A stretch of 32,000 nucleotides of DNA from Halogeometricum borinquense DSM 11551. GTDB lineage: Archaea > Halobacteriota > Halobacteria > Halobacteriales > Haloferacaceae. The notes beneath the pieces are model-generated. The model did no database searches. It worked only from the letters and a program-made list of their open reading frames with translations, and was not told where the DNA came from. Within the stretch, counting starts at the first letter, position 1; every line of letters begins with the position of its first letter. Where the stretch lies: NCBI RefSeq assembly GCF_000172995.2, contig NC_014729.1, positions 1,080,001 through 1,112,000 of the forward strand, in the 5' to 3' direction. This document shows, piece after piece, positions 1 through 7,148 of the stretch. The position numbers and the translations under genes are program-made.

Positions 1-1
1 G

Positions 2-340
2 CCACATCTGATCGTGGACGGCGCAGCGGGCATCTTCCTCGAAGAGTGCGACCGCGTCGTCGTCGGCATGGACTGCATCGTTGAGGACACGCTGTACAAC
101 CGCGTCGGCACGTTCCCCATCGTCGCTACCGCGGCGCAACTCGACATCCCCGTCACCGTTGTCGGATCGGGTGCGAAGATTGTCGATGACGGGTTCATCT
201 TCGAAAACGAGATTCGCTCCACGGCGGAAGTGTCGTTGGAACCCGTCGAAGACGTTTTCATCGAGAACCCCGCCTACGACGCGACGCCGACGGAACTCGT
301 AGACGAGGTCATCACCGACGAGGGCGTCCGCACGTTTTAA
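2..340 (+). CDS. C-terminal part of an IF-2B family protein (eIF-2B alpha/beta/delta-like; aIF-2B or ribose-1,5-bisphosphate isomerase type). The 5' end lies outside the window.
   Basis: The frame is open from position 2 to the stop at 338-340. The tail ...FPIVATAAQLDIPVTVVGSGAKIVDD...ENPAYDATPTELVDEVITDEG looks like the conserved C-terminal end of IF-2B family proteins. Composition is acidic. Confidence 0.7.
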   Translation, partial: PHLIVDGAAGIFLEECDRVVVGMDCIVEDTLYNRVGTFPIVATAAQLDIPVTVVGSGAKIVDDGFIFENEIRSTAEVSLEPVEDVFIENPAYDATPTELVDEVITDEGVRTF

Positions 341-385
341 AAGACAGCTACCGACGCTCCGAAGACGCTCCGAACCGGTATCAGC

Positions 386-2290
386 CTAATCCGAGTCGGC
401 GGCGGCCACGCTTTCGGTGTCGGAGTGGTCCGCACCGTCCCCACCAGAGTTATCTGTACTGTCAGTATCGCCAAGCTCGAAGCCGGACATCGACGCGTAC
501 AGTGACGCGTACGTGCCTTCGGCAGCGACTAACTCTTCGTGGGTGCCGTCTTCGACCATGCGCCCGTCAGCAACGGTGTAGATTCGGTCGGCGTCCACGA
601 CGCTTCCGAGTCGGTGTGTCACGACGACGAACACGCGGTTACGCGTCGCCTCACGGATGCTCCCGAGAACGGACTCCTCCATCCGCGCGTCGAGGTTACT
701 CGTTGCCTCGTCAAACACCACTACGTCCGCGTCTCGGAGGAGCGCGCGCGCGATGGCCACGCGCTGTTTTTGTCCGCCCGAGAGGCGTACGCCGTCCTCG
801 CCGAGAACGGTGTCGTATCCGTCCGACAACCCCTCCGCGAACGCTGTCACGCCCGCGTCGGCGCAGGCACGTTCGAACGCTGATTCCGAAGCCTCGGGCG
901 CGCTTGCAAGGACGTTGTTCCGAAGCGTATCGTCGAAGATGTACGGGTCCTGCCGGACGACAGCGAGACGGTCGCGCCAGTCGTCAACTCGAACAGTCGA
1001 GAGGTCGGTTCCGTTTACTCGAATCGTTCCCGTGTCGGGAGCGTACAGACGAGCGAGAAGCGAGACGATGGTTGACTTGCCCGCGCCCGACCCGCCGACG
1101 ATAGCAATGAATTCTCCGCGCTCAGCCCGGAGACTCACGTTCGAGACGCCTTGGTCGCCATCCGGATAGCGGAAGGAAACGCCGTCGAACGCGACCGATT
1201 CGACGGGTGCCGGTACGTCGGCGTCACCCCCGCGGACGGCCCGGGCAGCAGCCAGTTCGTCCAGTTCGCGGAGCGTCTCGACCAAGTGCGGAAGTTTGCC
1301 GTCGAGACCGTATAGTTGTGACTGAAGCGATGAGACACCGGGACCGAGACGGAGCATCGCAAAAAGCAGCAGGCCGACTGCGCCCAACGAGAGTGCCGCC
1401 CACGTCAACGCGAGATAGACGGCGACGAGAACGACGACGGCGGCGGCGAATCGGTGGAGATTCGAGACGATGGCCTGGTTGACGCGAAGGCCGACGACGG
1501 CGTCGATGTAATCGTCCAACGCGTCAGTGTAGCGTGTCGCGGCCACGTCGTCTAATCCGAACAGCCGCACGTCGCGGATGCCCTGTACGCCCGCCTGCGC
1601 GTGCGCTTGAATCTCCGTATTGGCCGCTGCGATGCTGCTTCCCGCCCCGTACGCAGACCCGACGACGGAGCGAACACCGACCGTAATGACACCGAGAAGA
1701 GCGGCGACAGCGGTCGTGAGGAGCGGGTCAACGGCGAGAGCGAGGATGAGATACGTAAAGACGAGCAACGTGCGTTCGACCACAGAGAGGACACTCGACA
1801 ACACCGTCGCCGGATAGTTCGACTGCGTGACAAGCGTGTTCAGCAGTTCGTCGGACCCGCGTTCGTCCACGTACGAGAGGTCCGCATCAAGGATGCCACG
1901 GAAGACACCCGTCTTGAGACTGCGGATATAGTCGGCGACGAGTTGCGCTTGCAGATAGCGGACGAACGTCGCCATCCCGAATCGGAGTCCGAGTGCGAGA
2001 GCCGCGCCGCCGAGAAGCGTCTCGAACGTGAACGGAACGCCCACAGCGCCGTACGCCGCCGCAAACCACGAGACGACGGTCTGGTCGGACGCCACAGTGA
2101 GCGATGTGCGCCCGGCTTCGACCAGCGGAAGCAGAAAGCTCAGTCCGACTCCCTCGAAGACAGCGACGACGAGGCTCAGTGCAACGACCCCGCCGAATCG
2201 TGTCGGGTCGTAGGAGATGACAGTCCGAAGTGCGGCGAGCTTCTCTCCGAGCGTCGCAGACGGTGCTTCCGAGGAACGTTCGTCGCTCAC
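386..2290 (-). CDS. ABC exporter with fused permease and ATPase domains (MsbA/McjD-like half transporter).
   Basis: 634 aa. The hydrophobic multi-helix N-terminal half begins near aa 33, so there is no N-terminal C39 peptidase domain. Walker A GGSGAGKST, signature LSGGQKQR, Walker B VVVFDEATS. The start at 2288-2290 is GTG. The C-terminal tail is acidic. Confidence 0.9.
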   Translation of the reverse strand: MSDERSSEAPSATLGEKLAALRTVISYDPTRFGGVVALSLVVAVFEGVGLSFLLPLVEAGRTSLTVASDQTVVSWFAAAYGAVGVPFTFETLLGGAALALGLRFGMATFVRYLQAQLVADYIRSLKTGVFRGILDADLSYVDERGSDELLNTLVTQSNYPATVLSSVLSVVERTLLVFTYLILALAVDPLLTTAVAALLGVITVGVRSVVGSAYGAGSSIAAANTEIQAHAQAGVQGIRDVRLFGLDDVAATRYTDALDDYIDAVVGLRVNQAIVSNLHRFAAAVVVLVAVYLALTWAALSLGAVGLLLFAMLRLGPGVSSLQSQLYGLDGKLPHLVETLRELDELAAARAVRGGDADVPAPVESVAFDGVSFRYPDGDQGVSNVSLRAERGEFIAIVGGSGAGKSTIVSLLARLYAPDTGTIRVNGTDLSTVRVDDWRDRLAVVRQDPYIFDDTLRNNVLASAPEASESAFERACADAGVTAFAEGLSDGYDTVLGEDGVRLSGGQKQRVAIARALLRDADVVVFDEATSNLDARMEESVLGSIREATRNRVFVVVTHRLGSVVDADRIYTVADGRMVEDGTHEELVAAEGTYASLYASMSGFELGDTDSTDNSGGDGADHSDTESVAAADSD

Positions 2291-2673
2291 CGGCGACCAC
2301 CCGGGCGGTGTGCCCGCACGGCATCTGTGTGGGTCACCAGTACGTTCATGCGAGAAAAGGCGTCCGAGAGGCGGTTAAGTATGGGTCGCATTACGGGCCC
2401 TAGCTGTTCGTTTCGGACGGCGGATTGGACGGTAACAAATAGCAAGTCAGACGAGGCGTGCCGAGCGGAGGAAATCAACAGTCGGAGAGGGACAAATAGA
2501 GGGTGCAGGCGAGGAGGACCGAATAAAGAGAGCAGGCAAGAGGACCGAATGGGGGAGCAACGGGATGAACCAACGGACGAGAATCAACGAGGGCAGTCAC
2601 CAGCGGAAATACAACAAACGAGGATTCTCGAGGATGACTCACCACTGCGAGTATCGATCCACCGACGAATGGG

Positions 2674-2781
2674 CTACGATTCGTACTGCTTCGGTGGGAT
2701 GCTCGCGTCGTAATCGTTGTAAGTCTGCGTCTGTTCGTGAACGGTTCCGTAGGTTTCGAGCGTCGGGCGGTCGTACGTCAT
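2674..2781 (-). CDS. Candidate RiPP precursor peptide, 35 aa: MTYDRPTLETYGTVHEQTQTYNDYDASIPPKQYES.
   Basis: It starts at an internal ATG (2779-2781) of track ORF 2674..2898 and ends at TAG 2674-2676. 27 of 35 codons end in G or C (hand count). Y3, P6, L8, G12 and T18 fit the lasso leader motif YxxPxLx3Gx5Tx exactly. The C-terminal residue is Ser. It lies between the ABC exporter and the GNAT/PqqD/kinase genes. An SD-like GAGGTG lies 15 nt upstream. Confidence 0.65.
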   Translation of the reverse strand: MTYDRPTLETYGTVHEQTQTYNDYDASIPPKQYES

Positions 2782-2856
2782 AGTTCGAGGTCTGGACACC
2801 TCACTGGATACCTGTCCGGTTTCGGTGTTAGTTACTCTCGCATGAACTGACAACCC

Positions 2857-2883
2857 ATATATCAGTTCAGACCATATACAATT
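2857..2883. promoter_or_regulatory. AT-rich divergent promoter block between the precursor ORF (minus) and the GNAT gene (plus), with two TATA-like elements.
   Basis: ATATAT at 2857-2862 and ATATACAATT at 2874-2883 sit in an otherwise GC-rich context. They lie about 76-100 nt from both divergent start codons, so both transcripts would carry 5' UTRs. Confidence 0.3.
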
Positions 2884-2966
2884 GTTCACAACCACCAAAT
2901 ACTGTTACCTTCGGGGTTAGCCGTGCCCATACTAGACGCGTTCTATCATCACAGTCTCAATAACCA

Positions 2967-4145
2967 ATGGCGTCTCAGCCGTCAGTTCCGGCAATGAGTC
3001 TCGCACGCCACTCGGAGACGGTCGAACTAGACGATCAAACCTATCTTGTCCGGCCGTTTCAGTCGGACGACGAAAGTGGTCTCCGTGGCGTCTACGAGTC
3101 GGTAAGTGGCCGGGATCCCGGACACGAGTGGTTCGAGACGATGTACGGCTCCGAGAGTCTATTCGAGGACGCACCCATCGTCGTCATCGAATTCGAGGGA
3201 GACATCGTCGGCATGCTCCCGTCAGTTGCGTACCGAGTTCGGGTCGGTGAGAAATCGGCTATCGGCCTGCTCGGACGCGACGTAATGGTTCACCCGGAAC
3301 ATCGCCGCCGTGGAGTGTTCACCGCGGCGACGAACGTCGCTCTCGGAGGATATCTCGACTATGGAGAGGCGACGTTCATCTTCGGCCACATGAACGAACA
3401 GTCTCGCCAAGCGTGCGAGGAGATGGGTTGGAACATCCCGTCGATGCAACCGCAGTTCATCCGGCCGCGGAACGTCCGCGACTTCGTCCGCACTCGGACG
3501 GGGCAAAATCGGAGTCTCCGCGGGGCGCTGACGGCGACAACGCTTGCGGGCAACACGCTCGTCCACGATGCCGTCCGACGCGAGCGCGGCCTCTGCCGTC
3601 CAACTGATACGCTCGACGTGCAACGCGTCGATGGCGTACCCGCAGACAGATTGACTCGACTCCACGAGACGGCCACCCCGGAGACTATTCATCCGATTTT
3701 CGACGTACAGACGATTCGAGCGCACTTTTCGGACCCTGATTTCACCGGGCTTCGGACGTACGTCGCCGCGCGCGGCGGTTCGGACGTGGCGGCTCTCGTC
3801 GTCTCCGAGCGGCGGTGGCACCGAACACGCTGGCATTCAATCGTCCACGTCGCTCCGCTCTCCGGTGGCAAGACGCGCAAGCGCGCACTCGCCGCGCTTC
3901 TCGAACGCGCTCTGACGGACAAAAAGGGAAGTGACAGCGCTACCTCCGCCGACGCTTATCGCGTCGCGGTTCCGTTCCCGTCGGACCTCCTCCGGTCGTT
4001 CGGCTTCCTCTCGGACCGGACGTTCCCGATGTCGCGGCTCGAACCGCCGCGACTCTCACTCGGGTACCGCGTCATCAACGACGGACACGGGATTCGTGCG
4101 GCGCTCGCCGACGACAGTCACCATCTCTGGCACGTGGCGATGTGA
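2967..4145 (+). CDS. Large GNAT-family N-acetyltransferase: an N-terminal GNAT domain plus about 200 aa of uncharacterised C-terminal sequence.
   Basis: 392 aa. GNAT motif-A-like segment LLGRDVMVHPEHRRRGVFTAATNVAL...HMNEQSRQACEEMGW. ATG at 2967; an alternative ATG at 2994 is possible. Confidence 0.75.
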   Translation: MASQPSVPAMSLARHSETVELDDQTYLVRPFQSDDESGLRGVYESVSGRDPGHEWFETMYGSESLFEDAPIVVIEFEGDIVGMLPSVAYRVRVGEKSAIGLLGRDVMVHPEHRRRGVFTAATNVALGGYLDYGEATFIFGHMNEQSRQACEEMGWNIPSMQPQFIRPRNVRDFVRTRTGQNRSLRGALTATTLAGNTLVHDAVRRERGLCRPTDTLDVQRVDGVPADRLTRLHETATPETIHPIFDVQTIRAHFSDPDFTGLRTYVAARGGSDVAALVVSERRWHRTRWHSIVHVAPLSGGKTRKRALAALLERALTDKKGSDSATSADAYRVAVPFPSDLLRSFGFLSDRTFPMSRLEPPRLSLGYRVINDGHGIRAALADDSHHLWHVAM

Positions 4146-4261
4146 GTCGCCGCATCGGTTCGAGGCAACAATGAGCCAGAGAAAGCAGGGACAGATGAGA
4201 GACGGTCTCAGAGGAACTGAATACCGCCCGCCCCTGAACCGAAATCGGTCGTTCGGGGTGG

Positions 4262-4552
4262 TTACGCCGTTTCCGTGACTTCGGCCAGCCCGGCGTCAAC
4301 GAGGGTTTCGACGTACTCGCGTACGTCGGCCGCCGCCACTTCCGACTCGATATCGTACTCCTCCTCGATGGCGGCCGCAACGGCCTCGACCGTCTGTGGT
4401 TCGTCGATGAGTTCGAAAATCCGCGTTCCGACCGGGTTCATGCCGTGGTACAGTCCGGTGTCGAGGTTTAACAGGAGTCGTTCGCCACCCACGTCGGCGG
4501 CAACGACATCGGCGGACGCAACTACCGTTTTCTCGGGTGCAATGGCTGTCAT
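4262..4552 (-). CDS. PqqD-family protein (RiPP recognition element, lasso B1-like peptide chaperone).
   Basis: About 96 aa from ATG 4552; the track ORF starts at GTG 4576. The sequence ...GERLLLNLDTGLYHGMNPVGTRIFELIDEPQTVEAVAAAIEEEYDIE...VREYVETLVDAGL is a typical PqqD winged-helix pattern. Confidence 0.8.
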   Translation of the reverse strand: MTAIAPEKTVVASADVVAADVGGERLLLNLDTGLYHGMNPVGTRIFELIDEPQTVEAVAAAIEEEYDIESEVAAADVREYVETLVDAGLAEVTETA

Positions 4553-4645
4553 AGTGAGTAGAACGGGCGGTTGCACGATAGTTACTCACCGCGAACCAGT
4601 TGTTAGCCGATGGAAACCGAGTCAGCGACTCGCTACGTTCCTCGC

Positions 4646-5905
4646 CTAGCGGGGTTCGACTCGTCGCCGAAGCGCTTTGACAGCAAGGCGTGCTGGGCGG
4701 GTGACACGGTAGAGGCCGTGTAGGGAGTCTGGAAGCGAGACGGCCGCGTAGTCGGCCTGTTGCGGGACGAACGCCAGCCGGCACAGTGTCAGCACCTGCT
4801 GGCGGCGAGTGTCACACAACTGCAGTTCGTACCGCGTCCGCCGCCGCCGTCCGCGTTCGCCGTACGCGGCCGTTTCAGGATTCGATGCGACGAACCCCTG
4901 TGCGTCGATGACGACGCGACGAACGTTCGAATCCGCGCGGGCGTCGGCGAGTATCTCTGCTGGAACGGGCGCGTCGGCCGTCTCAGCCGCGAGCAACAGA
5001 CAGGCATGGAGGATGCGGCGTCGGTTGGCGCGCGCTGCACGCGCGCGGAGTCGGTCCCAGTCGATGTCGTTCTCAGAGAGGAACGCCGCGACGTCTACTA
5101 CCCAACCGAGGCGATTCCAGTAGTGTTTCGCGCCGTGGCGTGCGAGGACGAGAACCGTGTCCTCGTTCGAGAACGTCGGCACCGGGCGGCCGCCGACGAG
5201 TACCTCGGTTCGACGCTCCCACGCCGTCTCGAACGTCAACCACGACGGTCTGAGGTCGGTCCCGAGTCGCCAACGGAGTTCGACAGCGACGCCGACGGAC
5301 GGCGGCCGTCGGGTTGCCACAGTTCTCTCGGGGGTGTCCTCGGAAGGTCGGAAGTACGTGCGCTCGGCAGCGCGTGAGACAAGACTCTCTGCGTCTGTAA
5401 CTGCCGTTCCGTTCTCGGACCACGGGTTGTAGCCGAGTGATTCGAGGACGGCGCAGGCCTCAGGCACGTCTCCGGGTGGGACGAACAAGTCGAGGTCCGA
5501 GAAATCTCGGCGTGACAGGTCGCCATAGGCCGATACGGCGAGAACCGGGCCTTTGTAGACCAGACAACGGAGTCCGGCGTCGGCGAACGCGGACAGGACG
5601 CGGTGGAGTTCAGCGACGAACGAGAGGTTTCGGACACCCGTGGCACGGCACCGCTCTCTCGCGCGCGATTCAAACGCGGCGGGCACGTCGGCGTCGGTGA
5701 GGTGCGATGCGACCAGTGGTCCAACGCCGAGGTGATGTGCGGCCGTCAGTACCTCGTCCGCCTCGACTTCGGGTGCAAGGCGAGATATCGCCGTTTGCGC
5801 TGTTTCGTCGAGTGTCGGCCGCGCCAGCGCAGTCGCCAGCGCCACGGCGTCGTCGTCAGTGTCTGCCCTTTCGTGACCCTTGCGCGCGGCGGATGTGGCG
5901 CTCAC
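4646..5905 (-). CDS. Nucleotidyltransferase-family protein (PF14907-like 'uncharacterised nucleotidyltransferase').
   Basis: The motif VYKGPVLAVSAYGDLSRRDFSDLDLFVPPGD is a typical NTase G..DxD-type segment. I propose the start at GTG 5903-5905, which overlaps the kinase TGA stop (5902-5904) as GTGA. The track's longer ORF (to 6010) would overlap the kinase by 109 nt. Confidence 0.7.
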   Translation of the reverse strand: MSATSAARKGHERADTDDDAVALATALARPTLDETAQTAISRLAPEVEADEVLTAAHHLGVGPLVASHLTDADVPAAFESRARERCRATGVRNLSFVAELHRVLSAFADAGLRCLVYKGPVLAVSAYGDLSRRDFSDLDLFVPPGDVPEACAVLESLGYNPWSENGTAVTDAESLVSRAAERTYFRPSEDTPERTVATRRPPSVGVAVELRWRLGTDLRPSWLTFETAWERRTEVLVGGRPVPTFSNEDTVLVLARHGAKHYWNRLGWVVDVAAFLSENDIDWDRLRARAARANRRRILHACLLLAAETADAPVPAEILADARADSNVRRVVIDAQGFVASNPETAAYGERGRRRRTRYELQLCDTRRQQVLTLCRLAFVPQQADYAAVSLPDSLHGLYRVTRPARLAVKALRRRVEPR

Positions 5906-6840
5906 GAACCGACCTCCTGTTCGATACGGGAGACCACGTCCGGAAGCGCGTCGAACCGTCGAGGACGCGTTAGCGTTGCTACGGGGACCGACTCGACGAC
6001 AGAGAGACACCGGTCTACGGCGAGTATCGCCTCATCGCGGCGCTGTTGCGTGCCGACTGTGTAGGCGTTCCGCCCGAGTTCCGCGACGGCGGCGACGGAC
6101 GGAAGCGGGGTCACTGTCACGTCGTCGCCATCAACGAGGCGATAAACTGCCGCGAGCGGTACTGGATCGGAGTCTACATCGGCGGTCCGGTAGAACCGTT
6201 CGTCGGGACGAGAAGCAGTTGGCGTATTCTCACCGCCGTCAGTGACCGGGACGAGTCCACCGCCGAGCGTGGCCGCCGCGTCGTCGTGGAGTTTGATGGA
6301 CGCGAATCCGGGTTGGACGACGGGGCCGTCGTCGGTGAATCGGATGGCCGCCACGTCGTCGCCGAGCGCTCGGTGCCCGGCGGCGGCGAACGCGCCCGCG
6401 GTCGTAGATTTTCCCGCACCGGACTCACCGACGAACGCGACGGCACGACCGTCAACGGCGACGACGCTCCCGTGCAAGACGAGGTGGCCGCGTTGGTGCA
6501 AAAGGAAGTTGAACGCGGGGCCGAGAACCGTCCAGCGGACGTCTCTCTCGGTAGCGTCGGGCGCGGGGTCCACGACGATTTCGCGCCCTTGACTAACAGT
6601 AATGCGACAGGCGTCGTAAAGGAGGATGAACTCCTCGGGTGTCTCGAACGTTACGGCGGGGCCGTCGTCGGGGGTTTCTCCGTCGAACGGCACGGTTCCG
6701 ACGCGGACAAATACGTCGGCGTCGCCCTCAGCAGATTCGGTGACGACAGTTTCCGGGAGTTCCGGAAACGTAAGCGTCGAGGCAACGTCGAGACCGAACG
6801 CGCGGTATCGAAAGCGGCCTCGGGAGTCGGTACGCGTCAT
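5902..6840 (-). CDS. HPr kinase/phosphorylase-like P-loop kinase (HprK-related, lasso-cluster 'K'-type).
   Basis: 312 aa. LHGSVVAVDGRAVAFVGESGAGKSTTA matches the HprK C-terminal domain P-loop context. ATG at 6838-6840. Confidence 0.8.
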   Translation of the reverse strand: MTRTDSRGRFRYRAFGLDVASTLTFPELPETVVTESAEGDADVFVRVGTVPFDGETPDDGPAVTFETPEEFILLYDACRITVSQGREIVVDPAPDATERDVRWTVLGPAFNFLLHQRGHLVLHGSVVAVDGRAVAFVGESGAGKSTTAGAFAAAGHRALGDDVAAIRFTDDGPVVQPGFASIKLHDDAAATLGGGLVPVTDGGENTPTASRPDERFYRTADVDSDPVPLAAVYRLVDGDDVTVTPLPSVAAVAELGRNAYTVGTQQRRDEAILAVDRCLSVVESVPVATLTRPRRFDALPDVVSRIEQEVGS

Positions 6841-6864
6841 GGAAAACAGACGGAGACGTTCGTC

Positions 6865-6876
6865 AATAAGTATAGA
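6865..6876 (-). promoter_or_regulatory. TATA box for the kinase-NTase-PqqD operon (leaderless transcript).
   Basis: The minus strand reads TCTATACTTATT, centred about 30 nt upstream of the kinase ATG (6840). Confidence 0.5.
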
Positions 6877-7148
6877 GCGCGTTACGCGTCAAAACCAGCC
6901 GTTAGCCGTCAACAATCGATTCGGGAACTCCCTCACCGTGTGAGGTGACAAACACCGGTGCGGGAGCGCCCGTGACTACTCGTCGTCCATCGTGAGCTGA
7001 CGACGACCCTCGTATCGTCTACGTCTGTTTGTCTACGTTCCGTACGTTTCGGTCGGAGGGCGGTCGTCCATGCTCGGGGGAGTTCCCCATTGCCGAGATA
7101 GCCGTCGAAACTGTTAGTTACTCGGCGCTGTCCTCATATTGGCGCGTC

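Noticed and set aside
2287-2478. A 63-aa minus-strand ORF whose stop overlaps the ABC transporter GTG start.
   Set aside because: It has a TTG start, a basic low-complexity sequence and no recognisable motif, and it lies in the T-tract spacer. The GTGA overlap could be chance. It is kept only as a remote possibility.
2674-2733. Calling the locus a canonical lasso peptide cluster.
   Set aside because: The window has no Asn-synthetase-like cyclase or transglutaminase-like B2 ORF. The predicted core has no Asp/Glu at positions 7-9 in either plausible cleavage register. Only the leader motif and the tailoring genes are lasso-like.
2782-2898. The upstream extension of the small ORF (the 74-aa track ORF 2674..2898).
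   Set aside because: The N-terminal 39 residues (MVVVNNCIWSELIYGLSVHARVTN...) run through the AT-rich promoter block and do not look protein-like. The internal ATG at 2781 gives the motif-bearing peptide.
4171-4278. A 35-aa plus-strand ORF (MSQRKQGQMRDGLRG...) in the convergent gap between the GNAT and PqqD genes, considered as a second precursor candidate.
   Set aside because: It uses several AGA/AGG-type codons that look atypical next to the surrounding genes. It has no leader motif and overlaps the PqqD 3' end.
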